Shown here in pieces: positions 1 to 12,469 of a stretch of DNA of 64,000 nt (position 1 is the stretch's first letter; the number at the start of each line of letters is the position of its first letter). The notes beneath the pieces are model-generated. The model was not told where the DNA came from and did not search any database. It saw only the letters and a program-made list of their open reading frames with translations. The translations under genes were made by a program, and so were the position numbers. This DNA comes from Haliotis rufescens (taxonomy: Eukaryota): positions 15,810,001 through 15,874,000 of the forward strand of contig NW_025963890.1 in the NCBI RefSeq assembly GCF_023055435.1, read 5' to 3'.

Positions 1-385
1 ATTGAAAAAACAAATCTAGTTATCCTTATTCATTCGAGTATGGTCCTGTTTCGCGTACACAAGATCGAACGAGATTCCAAGCGTGGAAGGCTAACTTAGA
101 GTCAAGCAGTGGAGGGTGGTTGTTGTTTGGATGGGTTATGGGGAGGATGTAGATGGCTTCTATCATGGGACGTAACTGAGTCGTCAAGAATGACATTAAT
201 GTCGTTGTTTGTCTGGTTTTCTGTCGAACATGTCAAGGACTAGTCTAGGATCCACAACACGGTTGTTCCAGTCGTATTCAGTATACTTCAATGTTTGAAG
301 TTGCCTACAGGGTCGCGCTTTAGAAAGAAAACTAGTGCTTTCAAATACTTTTTCTCTCTGCGGTGATGTGATCATTAAATACATA

Positions 386-1270
386 TTATCCTTGACACAC
401 TATTAAAGTGTTTGTTGCACACCATCGGTTATCATTGACACAATATGAACGTCTAGGTTGCATCGTGGGTTATCCTTGACACATTATGAAAGTCTAGGTT
501 GCACCGTGGGTTATCTTTGACACATAATAAACGTCTAGGTTGCAGCGTGGGTTATCCTTGACACATTATGAACGTCTAGGTTGCACCGTGGGTTATCCTT
601 GACACATAATAAACGTCTAGGTTGCAGCGTGGGTTATCTTTGACACATTATGAACGTCTAGGTTGCACCGTTGGTTATCCTTGACACATAATAATCGTCA
701 AGGTTGCACCGTGGGTTATCTTTGACACATTATGAAAGTCTAGGTTGCACCGTGGGTTATCTTTGACACACTATGAACGTCTAGGTTGCACCGTGGGTTA
801 TCTTTGACACACTATGAACGTCTAGGTTGCAGCGTGGGTTATCCTTGACACATTATGAACGTCTAGGTTGCACCGTGGGTTATCCTTGACACATAATAAA
901 CGTCTAGGTTGCAGCGTGGGTTATCCTTGACACATTATGAACGTCTAGGTTGCGCCGTGGGTTATCCTAGACACACCATGAGAGTCTATGTTGCACCGTG
1001 GGTTATCCTTGACACATAATAAACGTCTAGGTTGCAGCGTGGGTTATCCTTGACACACCATGCGAGTCTATGTTGCACCGTGGGTTATACTTGACACATT
1101 ATGAACGTCTAGGCTGCACCGTGGGTTATCTTTGACACATTATGAACGTCTAGGCTGCACCGTGGGTTATCTTTGACACAATATGAACGTCTAGGTTGCG
1201 CTGTGGGTTATACTTGACACACTTTGAACGTCTAGGCTGCACCTTAAGTTATCCTTGACATACTATGACA
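386..1270. repeat. 41-bp minisatellite, ~21 units
   Basis: Consensus GGTTATCCTTGACACATTATGAACGTCTAGGTTGCACCGTG; period 41 (427 to 468). Confidence 0.95.
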
Positions 1271-2995
1271 TACTATGGGTTGCTGAAGACCTATTCTACC
1301 CCGTAACTTCACGGGACTGATACCAGTGATCTATCTCTGAACAAATGTTGCACAAGAATACAGTTGCTGTCAGTTGATCTGTCCATGATAATTATCGCAT
1401 AAAAAGTTTCTTTTAGCCGTGAGCAATTCTGTTATTTGTAACCTCAATCAGTTCTCAAGAGACACGGAAGACAGACACACATTTGTTAAATCAGCATACT
1501 GTGGCAGTTTAAGTCCAGAGAGACGTCCTGAGGCAGGTTATGAATTTTTTAATGTTCCTAGCAGATAATTCCCATATGCCGTATAACACGGCCGGGATCC
1601 AACCGTCGACCTCAGGCTCTGTACTGTGGGACGGATGCCCTCCAGACGCAGATTGAAGCCGTTGACCATCTTGGTAAATGTATAACGATCCACGCAATGA
1701 CAATGATTAATGTTATGAATACTGTTTTGCCTTAAAATACTTACTACAGTTGTTTATGAAAATAAATGCGACTAACCCCTAAGTTTCCATATTCATAAGA
1801 AATCTCTGTCAAAAAAAGAGTCGATTGTTCAATTCCGACTATATCCCGAGCATGTGTTTATGAATCACAGAGCCACGGCCACGCAATGACAATGATTAAT
1901 GTTATGAATACTGTTTTGACTTTAAATAATAGCAATCATCATAGTCAACGGTCACTGCACAATAGACCGTGGCCGGAGAGTGGAAAGTCGGTGCTTCCAT
2001 CCCCGGCCGCGTTATACCACTAAAGAAAATACAAAAGATGTGCTTGTTGTTACCCTGCCTGGAGCTTGGCATTCAGGGGATAAAACAAGAACTGGACGAC
2101 TTAAGCTGCAGCATGATATCTTAGTGGTAAAGAACTATAAAACAACAACATATCTGTGATGTTCATAAGCGAGGACTCGCTCTAAACGTTATTCGTGAAC
2201 ACTCCAATGTTCGTATCTACTGAAGGAAGCGACCTGTGAAGATCCGGGGTCTTCAGCAACCCATGCTTGCCGTAAAAGGTGACTATGCTTGTCGTAAAAG
2301 GCGACTAACGGGATCGGGTGGTCAGACTCGCTGACTTGGTTGATGTATGTTATCGTATCCCAATTGCGTGGATCGATGCTCATGATGTCAATCACTGGAC
2401 TGTCTGGTCCAGACTCGATTATTTACAGACCGCCGTCATATTGCTGGAATATTGTTGACTGCGGCGTTAAACAAACAAACAAATAATGTAGACTTGGACA
2501 AACGAATTGACGTAACACTGCTGCGTTACGACTTTCAGTTTTATCCCGTGGGTCTACTGAATATTGGTACAGCGAACAGGGCTGTGGTTTGACAGATCAA
2601 CGTTTACGTGCGGAATTCGAGCACTCGATTAATTTAATGGATCATGTAGGGTGAGGGTACGTATCTCCACACAGCGACATGCGGCACCTTACACCACCAG
2701 TGTCTTGGACGAGTTTACCACATCCACGTGGAAAGTGTAATGAGTCCTCCGGTTAAATACTTTAGTCAATGTCTTTTATATTGCAACACAGTAAAATCTC
2801 TCATTGGTTATACACATAATCTGACAAGGAGTACATACCTTTAAAACAGAATATACAGAATATTGAGTACAAAGATGAAATTATTATGGCAAGAAATGAG
2901 AACAACATTACTATTCAAAGCCCGACAGGATATAATTAATAGCCGCTTAACGCCAAGCAGTGTCCCTACATGTATGTATAACAATTAAAACAGTT

Positions 2996-3680
2996 ATTGA
3001 AGCCTATAGTCAATAATATTGAAGCTTCATCCCAATGACCTGTAAGTATTGAAGCTTTAGGCCACTAATATTGAATCCTCATAACGATGACCTGTAAGTA
3101 CTGAAGCTTTAGGACACTAATATTGAATTTTCATCCCAATGACCTGTAAGAACTGAAGCTTTAGACCAATAATATTGAATCTTCATCACGATGACCTGTA
3201 AGTACTGAAGCTTTCGGCCACTAATATTGAATCTTCATCCCAGTGACCTGTAAGTATTGAAGCTTTAGGCAAATAATATTGAATCTTCATCACGATGACC
3301 TGTAAGTACTGAAGCTTTAGGCCAGTAATATTGAATCTTCATCACGATGACCTGTAAGTATTAAAGCTTTAGGCCAATAATATTGAATCTTCATCACGAT
3401 GACCTGTAAGTACTGAAGCTTTAGGCCACTAATATTGAATCTTCATCCCAGTGACCTGTAAGTATTGAAGCTTTAGGCAAATAATATTGAATCTTCATCA
3501 CGATGACCTGTAAGTACAGAAGCTTTAGGCCAGTTATATTGAATCTTCATCACGATGACCTGTAAGTATTAAAGCTTTAGGCCAATAATATTGAATCTTC
3601 ATCACGATGACCTTTAAGTACTGAAGCTTTAGGCAAATAATATTGAATCTTCATCCTAATGACCTTTACGTATTGAAGCC
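2996..3680. repeat. 52-bp minisatellite, ~13 units, downstream of TLR copy 1
   Basis: Consensus ATTGAATCTTCATCACGATGACCTGTAAGTACTGAAGCTTTAGGCCAATAAT; period 52 (3018, 3070 ... 3642). Confidence 0.95.
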
Positions 3681-3899
3681 TGGATCAGACAAAGGCGTCG
3701 GTTCGATGGCAGCCAAGAAACCAGTCAGAAGTCACAGGTCAATATCTTAATCGTCTCTTGTGAGGAACATGGATATTTGGGCTTATTCTGCTCTGGAATC
3801 TTCGCTGATTCACGGAATGGACTTAAGAATGTATATTTTACGTATAGTATGTATTAGACCAAACACAAATGGCACATAGTTCTTAAAAACATGATGTAG

Positions 3900-3905
3900 T
3901 TTATT
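3900..3905 (-). terminator. Candidate polyadenylation signal of TLR copy 1 (conserved in other copies)
   Basis: AATAAA on the minus strand ~100 nt after the stop codon. Confidence 0.45.
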
Positions 3906-4008
3906 GGTTGAGTGCAACTGAACCATTACCTACATCAGTAGGAATCACTATAACCGGCATTGATGTATTGATGAAACTCAAGTTTGTATCACAAGACAGG
4001 CACTACTT

Positions 4009-6077
4009 TTAAGCCATTATTTCAACTTGGCTCACAGATCGAGATCGAGAATTTTGAGATTTCTCCTCCTGAACTTCATGCGCGATCTTTTCGAACAAGT
4101 CGCAGTTGTCAGCATCTATATACTTCTTAAGTCTGAGAAAAGCGTTCAGGTAGCCATTGGTGGCAGTGGTGACGTTGTCGAGCCTGGCGACAATCACACG
4201 GCCGCGACGCTGTTTGACCATGATATTGTAGGTCTCCGTGAACTCGAACATCTTGGAGGGATTGTCCACATAGCTACTAGACAGCACAATGACAGCTGCG
4301 CGGCTTCTCTGGAGCGTCTTGATAACTTCATCAGTGATCACTGTCCCCGGGTCCATGTCCCGGAGCGGGAAGTACAGTCTGAGGTTGTGATTCTGCTCCA
4401 GTTCATTAAGCAGTTTCTTGGACCAGACTCGGTCAGACTCACTCTCTCCATCCACCGACACAAACAAATCGTACTCCGAGTCCTCATCGCTAGTTCGCTT
4501 CAGCTTTTTTGCACCCGTATGAAGAAGGTGCATCAATTCATACCGAAACACCACAACAAGGGCCACTAAAAGCACAAATATGACTGCAAATGTTCCCAAC
4601 AGGGCGCTGAATATCTTAGGAAAAGGACTGCGAATCTGACAGTTAAGTAACCTTTGGTCCGCTCGTACAAGCTGTACCGTATTGCCCGCTGGCATCAAGC
4701 AAGTGATGTCGGTGACGTTGTAGTTCCAAGGTTGGTATCTGAGCCACAGTGACATCCACGTGGAGGAACAGCTGCACACAAATGGGTTTCTGTTGATGTC
4801 TAGTTTAGAATAATGGATGTTCTGAACTCAAGACGATTGTCCGATAGGCCCAGAAATGCAACCCCATTTTGCAAAAGGTCAATTGCTGAAGGTGCAATAA
4901 TTTTAATATTATTTCTAGATACGTCAAGATATTTTGTTCTTTGCAAATAACCTACTGCTTCCAAGAAGGTAATGGAATTATCGCCAAAAAGCAGTTTTAA
5001 ATTACCGTCGGGAACCATGGACGGTAAACGTGTCAAGTTTCTACCACGGCAGTCAACCAACATCTGTTTTTTTGCTGGCTGATCCTGACATAAACATTCT
5101 TGAGGACATTTGTCCGTGACATTACACACAAACGCATCCAGTGGCAGACGTAGCACTTGCTTTCCTTTCAGATGAGCTGGACTGTCGCAGAGAACATTTA
5201 AGTAGTTCCTCCATATTACCGTATATAAATTCGATGACAGGTGGAGAAATTCATGAAAATTGCAATCACAGATCCACTTATTATGTCTGAAGTCAAACCC
5301 CCAATTATTTAATGTCCCACCAATTTTCCGATCACGAATTCCATAGATCTCCAATTCCTCTAAAACCCATGTCGTAAACAAATTGTGAGAAAAGCCTACC
5401 ATACCGGGTCCATAGTGTTTGGATTCATCCACTAACCAGTTTTCTTCGTTTGAAAAATGGGATATGTTATTGTGACTAAGGCCGAAAACACAGAATTGAT
5501 GGGTAATCCTTATCGGCCAGGCCTCAGACGCTGTCAGCTCGTTGTAGTCAAGATGAACCCTCATCAATCCATGTAAGTCTTCACTGAACACTCCTGGCTC
5601 AATAGTATGTATTTTGTTATAAGCAAGGTTGATGTATCTCAACCTTTCCAAACCAACGAACACACCCGTCTCAACAGATTTAACTTCCTGGTTGACAAGT
5701 ACCAGAGCTATCAAATTCTTCAGACAGCTAAGGCTGGGAATTGTTTCGATTTTACCGGTCACCGCACGTATGCTTGCAATGTTGGGATAATCACATATAT
5801 CCTCAGGGAGACGTGTGATGCACAGGTTTGAGAAGAAGAGTCGGAATGGGGATGTTTTGTTGGTGCCGGGTGGTAGGAGAAGGGTGACGTTGTCAGGCTG
5901 ACTGCAGTCGTAATTCAAGATGAGGTTCGGCAATCTGTCCTCTCTCATGTTAGTGCAACATATGTCATCTACAGAACACTGAAGGACGTCCTCCACGGTG
6001 ACACTGGTTCCGACAGACACACTGATCAAGACAATCGCGATGAGGAAAACCAAACGTAGTGACAGAGAAAACAGCAT
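4009..6077 (-). pseudogene. Toll-like receptor copy 1, frameshifted by a 16-bp deletion (pseudogene or truncated ectodomain-only allele)
   Basis: Split into ORF 4800..6173 (LRR ectodomain) and ORF 4009..4779 (LRRCT-TM-TIR). Relative to the other copies, GATTTTTTTCGGTAAA is missing between 4824 and 4825; ORF span 2165 vs 2181 nt. Confidence 0.9.
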
Positions 6078-6145
6078 TATTTGTGTCTTCCAAAATTGTC
6101 TGTTAAGAGATGGACACTCGTTTGTGTGTCTTTCAAATCTATCTG

Positions 6146-6276
6146 CTGAAAGACGAACACGAGTTTCTTTCAAACCTGTGTCGTCTGCTCGAAGATACTG
6201 ACATTGATCAAGGCCAACTCGACTCCAATAATACTGCCGTCTGCTAAAAGTGGCGCTGAATTAACATTCGACTCAC
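6146..6276 (-). other. Probable 5'-UTR intron of the TLR gene (in every unit)
   Basis: Consensus donor GAG|GTGAGT at 6276 and pyrimidine-rich acceptor GTTCGTCTTTCAG ending at 6146, upstream of the ATG at 6077. Confidence 0.5.
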
Positions 6277-6289
6277 CTCGCAAAACAAA

Positions 6290-6411
6290 CACTCTGAATC
6301 GCCCACTTCCTGATTTTTATATTTTAACTCCACGAGTCTTTGTCAGAGCATTTCAGTGCGTATGCTCAGCGTCCATTGGCTGAGAGTAGTAATGTAGAAG
6401 TTCAAAGGTCA
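6290..6411 (-). promoter_or_regulatory. Putative TLR core promoter (present in all five units)
   Basis: Minus strand: CCAAT 6375-6379, TATAAAAA 6314-6321, ETS-type CAGGAAGT 6305-6312 and Inr-like TCAG near 6295. DR1 motif AGTTCAAAGGTCA at 6399-6411 (+). Spacing fits a Pol II promoter. Confidence 0.55.
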
Positions 6412-6907
6412 AAAGTCGCACCTCACTGCGCACATAAACAGACGACAATATTTCCACCCGCAGTGAGGCAGTCTACGGTTGGCGTTCAGAAACGTGATCA
6501 CAGAGTGATCATGTCATTGTGTCACGTGTATTCTTACAACAAACCATTCAATTATAGACTATATGTATAACACCGTCCGGTTTATTGCATTCAGCAACAG
6601 TTCTACATACCTGTCAACTCTCATGCATCTCGCGTGAGTCTCACGCATTTATCACCTATGTCACGCCCACACGCAAGGTTGGGAAATTACGGCAAGCATG
6701 GGTTGCTGAAGATCTATTCTAACCCGGATCTTCACGGGTCCGTTATATGCTGTGAGATCAATACACAGGAACTCGTTATTGGTCAGTAAATAAAGATATA
6801 AACCATATCTACTTACAAATAGGGGGTATACATTATATTTATTGACCAATAACAAATTCCTGTGCATCAATATGACTTGACTCGTGCAGTCATGTGGATG
6901 TAAACTG

Positions 6908-7290
6908 TACGAGGCGCTGTTTAATATTTATTCCTGATTTGTTGATATCAATAATTCATTAATTGATAACACAAAATAGATTTTCGGATATCGATAAAAT
7001 CTATGTATGTTTGGATACCAATAAATGAAATTGTGATATCTAAAAACTTAACTTGTGACATCAATAATTCACTTCCTGGTTCATGAAAAGAACGAATTCT
7101 TCCTTGAGGTCACACCACAGTAAGCTACCAGTCAATGACATCACAAATTCGATTACATATGATATCATAAAGTGAATTCTGGATATTTAACTAAATCGAA
7201 CTTGTGATATCAATTAACCATTTTGTCATGTCACTAAATGAATTATTCAATTGATAAAATAAGTAATAAATAGTAAAACTACGCGTCATA
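6908..7290. mobile_element. MITE-like element with internal GATATC-rich subrepeats (in units 1-4)
   Basis: Imperfect terminal inverted repeats (TACGAGGCGCTGTTTAATATTTATT / AATAAATAGTAAAACTACGCGTCATA) around many TTGTGATATCA-type repeats. Confidence 0.45.
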
Positions 7291-7897
7291 AAACACTATG
7301 CAGCAGCTTTTAGCGCTAAATTTGGTAGTGGGTCGTTTACATATGTTAACATTTACAATGTTAAAAATTTCAAGATAAGTACTACGAAGTTTGTAAAGGT
7401 TTTTTATGGCAATTGAAGTGTAAAGGGTTCACTACCATGTAGAGCTGGCTACTTAATATATACTTTTTAATGCTGCAACGTGATTTAACCGATCACTTCG
7501 TCAAATATTGATAATTGAAAAAACAAATCTAGTTATCCTTATTCATTCGAGTATGGTCCTGTTTCGCGTACACAAGATCGAACGAGATTCCAAGCGTGGA
7601 AGGCTAACTTAGAGTCAAGCAGTGGAGGGTGGTTGTTGTTTGGATGGGTTATGGGGAGGATGTGGATGACTTCTATCATGGGACGTAACTGAGTCGTCAG
7701 GAATGACATTAATTTCGTTTTTGTCTGGTTTTCTGTCGAACATGTCAAGGACTAGTCTAGGATTCACAACACGGTTGTTCCAATCGTATTCCGTATACTT
7801 CAATGTTTGAAGTTGCCTACAGGGTCGCGCTTTAGAAAGAAAACTAGTGCTTTCAAATACTTTTTTTCTCTGCGGTGATGTGATCATTAAATACATA

Positions 7898-8782
7898 TTA
7901 TCCTTGACACACTATTAAAGTGTTTGTTGCACACCATCGGTTATCATTGACACAATATGAACGTCTAGGTTGCATCGTGGGTTATCCTTGACACATTATG
8001 AAAGTCTAGGTTGCACCGTGGGTTATCTTTGACACATAATAAACGTCTAGGTTGCAGCGTGGGTTATCCTTGACACATTATGAACGTCTAGGTTGCACCG
8101 TGGGTTATCCTTGACACATAATAAACGTCTAGGTTGCAGCGTGGGTTATCCTTGACACATTATGAACGTCTAGGTTGCACCGTGGGTTATCCTTGACACA
8201 TAATAAACGTCAAGGTTGCACCGTGGGTTATCTTTGACACATTATGAACGTCTAGGTTGCACCGTGGGTTATCTTTGACACACTATGAACGTCTAGGTTG
8301 CACCGTGGGTTATCTTTGACACACTATGAACGTCTAGGTTGCAGCGTGGGTTATCCTTGACACATTATGAACGTCTAGGTTGCACCGTGGGTTATCCTTG
8401 ACACATAATAAACGTCTAGGTTGCAGCGTGGGTTATCCTTGACACATTATGAACGTCTAGGTTGCGCCGTGGGTTATCCTAGACACACCATGAGAGTCTA
8501 TGTTGCACCGTGGGTTATCCTTGACACATAATAAACGTCTAGGTTGCAGCGTGGGTTATCCTTGACACACCATGCGAGTCTATGTTGCACCGTGGGTTAT
8601 ACTTGACACATTATGAACGTCTAGGCTGCACCGTGGGTTATCTTTGACACATTATGAACGTCTAGGCTGCACCGTGGGTTATCTTTGACACAATATGAAC
8701 GTCTAGGTTGCGCTGTGGGTTATACTTGACACACTTTGAACGTCTAGGCTGCACCTTAAGTTATCCTTGACATACTATGACA
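7898..8782. repeat. 41-bp minisatellite, ~21 units
   Basis: Same consensus and length as the first array. Confidence 0.95.
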
Positions 8783-9742
8783 TACTATGGGTTGCTGAAG
8801 ACCTATTCTACCCCGTATCTTCACGGGACTGATACCAGTGATCTATCTCTGAACAAATGTTGCACAAGAATACAGTTGCTGTCAGTTGATCTGTCCATGA
8901 TAATTATCGCATAAAAAGTTTCTTTTAGCCGTGAGCATTTCTGTTATTTGTAACCTCAATCAGTTCTCAAGAGACACGGAAGACAGACACACATTTGTTA
9001 AATCAGCATACTGTGGCAGTTTAAGTCCAGAGAGACGTCCTGAGGCAGGTTATGAATTTTTTAATGTTCCTAGCAGATAATTCCCATATGCCGTATAACA
9101 CGGCCGGGATCCAACCATCGACCTCAGGCTCTGTACTGTGGGACGGATGCCCTCCAGACGCAGATTGAAGCCGTTGACCATCTTGGTAAATGTATAACGA
9201 TCCACGCAATGACAATGATTAATGTTATGAATACTGTTTTGCCTTAAAATACTTACTACAGTTGTTTATGAAAATAAATGCGACGAACCCCTAAGTTTCC
9301 ATATTCATAAGAAATCTCTGTCAAAAAAAGAGTCGATTGTTCAATTCCGACTATATCCCGAGCATGTGTTTATGAATCACAGAGCCACGGCCACGCAATG
9401 ACAATGATTAATGTTATGAATACTGTTTTGACTTTAAATAATAGCAATCATCATAGTCAACGGTCACTGCACAATAGACCGTGGCCGGAGAGTGGAAAGT
9501 CGGTGCTTCCATCCCCGGCCGCGTTATACCACTAAAGAAAATACAAAAGATGTGCTTGTTGTTACCCTGCCTGGAGCTTGGCATTCAGGGGATAAAACAA
9601 GAACTGGACGACTTAAGCTGCGGCATGGTATCTTAGTGGTAAAGAACTATAAAACAACAACATATCTGTGATGTTCATAAGCGAGGACTCGCTCTAAACG
9701 TTATTCGTGAACACTCCAATGTTCGTATCTACTGAAGGAAGC

Positions 9743-9998
9743 GACCTGTGAAGATCCGGGGTCTTCAGCAACCCATGCTTGCCGTAAAAGGTGACTATGC
9801 TTGTCGTAAAAGGCGACTAACGGGATCGGGTGGTCAGGCTCGCTGACTTGGTTGATGTATGTTATCGTATCCCAATTGCGTGGATCGATGCTCATGATGT
9901 CAATCACTGGACTGTCTGGTCCAGACTCGATTATTTACAGACCGACGTCATGTAGCTGGAATATTGCTGAATGCGGCGTAAACAACAAATAAAACAAC
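9743..9998 (+). mobile_element. SINE-like interspersed repeat family A (head GACCYGTGAAGATCCGGG, tail GCGGCGTAAAC(AAAC)n)
   Basis: Copies in both orientations: ~2231-2483, 11208-11412, 18184-18440, 27060-27264, 34036-34290, 35500-35700, 61685-61780 (+); ~41242-41375, 42510-42628, 47975-48115, 58250-58350, 63890-64000 (-). Simple-repeat tail. Confidence 0.75.
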
Positions 9999-10424
9999 CA
10001 CCTAAAGGAAGCATATATATCTCTCCAGCAACGTCGAAAGAACATAGTCATAGTAAGCTCTGACTGATAAATAAAACTGAAGGAAAATCCCAGTGAGATC
10101 CAGTAACATGGAGATAGTCGTAACAAGGAAGTGTCGGATCCGTCATCCGCGGAGACCTCAACCCTCATTATCCCCAACCCCTGACCCACTTCCCCGTCTG
10201 ACGTAAACAAACATGCAATGAAACACCCGCAGCGATATTGGCTCTGTTTCATGTGCTTGATGACTGTTGACAATGCATCGTTGTTTGGGGTCACTTTGAC
10301 CTACACGACTGTTATATACAAAGCCTCAAGTAGGCTTAATCTTGGGATTGCCGAGGTCACAGTGACACTCATTCGCAACTAGAAGGCGAACAACAGGTAC
10401 AGGTACATAACAGCATTGGGCAGT

Positions 10425-10720
10425 GGTGTTAATAGGGGTTTAACGTCGCATACAAGATAATTGTACTTGTATAGCGACGTGCATGCAGGCGTATGTGGCT
10501 GCTTGTACTAGTCCGGTCTAATGCTGGTTTAATAGTTCTTGACCACTGAGATACCATGCCGTAGTTTAAGTCAACCAATCCTTGTTTTAGCCCCCTTAAT
10601 GCAAGCTTTCGGCAGGGTAACAACAGGATCCATTTTGAAGTTTTTTGGTATACCGCGCCCGGGGATCGAAGCACCGACTTTCCTCTCTCGGGCCAGACCA
10701 CGGGGGCGGTCTATTGAACA
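10425..10720 (-). mobile_element. tRNA-derived SINE family B (resembles MetaSINE-type central domain)
   Basis: B-box-like GCTTCGATCCC followed by ATACCAAAAAACTTCAAAATGG...TTACCCTGCC...GCATTAAGGGG. Related + copies at ~1960-2145 and 9472-9657, 3' part at ~45921-46120. Family name from recollection only. Confidence 0.55.
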
Positions 10721-11924
10721 GTGACCACGTGTGTATGTATGTGTGTGCATGTTTGTGTACATGTGTGTGTGCATTTGTGTGTGTGCCATTGCGTGCGTGC
10801 GTGACTATATGCCGGTTACTTAGTGCTAGCCGCCCACTAAAGTGACATGCCACTGGAATATGCCAACACATAAACTGGCAGTTTGAAAGGTTGATATGAC
10901 TAGCAAACAAGAGAATCTACGGCAAAACCAACAAAACATAATCATTATTATTAATGATTTTATTTATCGACGCGTACAAAAACACTTAACATCGCCTGAA
11001 ACTGTTTCATAATTCCATAGACAATATATATGCATCAGGCCATGCAGCATGGCCCCCGTCTAGCTACATTGGGGCAGGAATAGCATGTAACAATTGTATA
11101 ATGAACATGACATATGAAAAGAAATATCTCTTACAAAATTCTAGAAAATCCCAATGCCTCTGACAGGGATATGGGCCTCGGTGCATCCTCACATCAAGTA
11201 GACTTGGGCCCCGTGAAGATCCGGGTTAGGATATAGGTCTTCAGCAACCTATGCTTGTCGTAAGTGGCGACTAACTGGATCGAGTAGTCCGGCCTGCTGA
11301 TGCTTACCATCCTATCCCAATCACTGGATTTTCTGGTTCAGACTCGATTATTTACAGACCGCCGTCATATTGCTGGATTATTGTTGACTGCGGCGTTAAA
11401 CAAACAAACAAATAATGTAGACTTGGACAAACGAATTGACGTAACACTGCTGCGTTACGACTTTCAGTTTTATCCCGTGGGTCTACTGAATGTTGGTACA
11501 GCGAACATGGCGGTGGTTTGACAGATCAACGTTTACGTGCGGAATTCGAGCACTCGATTAATTTAATGGATCATGTAGGGTGAGGGTACGTATCTCCACA
11601 CAGCGACATGCGGCACCTTACACCACCAGTGTCTTGGACGAGTTTACCACATCCACGTGGAAAGTGTAATGAGTCCTCCGGTTAAATACTTTAGTCAATG
11701 TCTTTTATATTGCAACACAGTAAAATCTCTCATTGGTTATACACATAATCTGACAAGGAGTACATACCTTTAAAACAGAATATACAGAATACTGAGTACA
11801 AAGATGAAATTATTATGGCAAGAAATGGGAACAACATTACTATTCAAAGCCCGACAGGGTATAATTAATAGCCGCTTAACGCCAAGCAGTGTCCCTACAT
11901 GTATGTATAACAATTAAAACAGTT

Positions 11925-12141
11925 ATTGAAGCCTAAAGTCAATAACATTGAAGCTTCATCCCAATGACCTGTAAGTATTGAAGCTCTAGGCCAATAATAT
12001 TGAATCTTCATCACAATGACCTGTAAGAACTGAAGCTTTAGGCCAATAATATTGAATCTTCATCACGATTACCTGTAAGTACTGAAGCCTTAGGCCAATA
12101 ATATTGAATCCTCATAACGATGACCTGTAAGTATTGAAGCC
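11925..12141. repeat. 52-bp minisatellite, 4 units (also 19495-19711 and 27777-27993)
   Basis: Same consensus; unit starts 11947 to 12103. Confidence 0.9.
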
Positions 12142-12469
12142 TGGATCATACAAAGGCGTCGGTTCGATGGCAGCCAAGAAACCAGTCAGAAGTCACAGGT
12201 CAATATCTTAATCGTCTCTTGCGAGGAACATGGATATTTGGGCTTATTCTGCTCTGGAATCTTCGCTGATTCACGGAATGGACTTAAGAATGTATATTTT
12301 ACGTATAGTATGTATTAGACGAAACACAAATGGCACATAGTTCTTAGAAACATGATGTAGTTTATTGGTTGAGTGCAACTGAACCATTACCTACATCAAT
12401 AGGAATCACTATAACCGGCATTGATGTATTGATGAAACTCAAGTTTGTATCACAAGACAGGCACTACTT

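Noticed and set aside
386-1270. 41-bp and 52-bp arrays as CRISPR arrays
   Set aside because: Units are contiguous with no unique spacers, no cas genes are present, and the context is eukaryotic.
4027-4569. Antisense ORFs overlapping the TLR CDS (180, 87, 74, 67 aa)
   Set aside because: Shadow frames; their recurrence only reflects the duplication.
6078-6173. N-terminal extension MKETRVRLS... of the TLRs
   Set aside because: It starts at TTG; the first ATG immediately gives a canonical signal peptide.
6606-6700. Small TIR element CATACCTGTC...GGCAAGCATG
   Set aside because: The right-hand match is part of an inverted SINE A fragment, and no target-site duplication is seen.
6700-6740. Hammerhead ribozyme (CTGAAGA core) in the reverse of SINE family A
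   Set aside because: No GAAA motif or supporting stems could be identified.
7539-11521. Short intergenic ORFs repeated in each TLR unit
   Set aside because: Several overlap SINEs or microsatellites, lengths vary through stops and indels between units, and none shows a recognisable domain.
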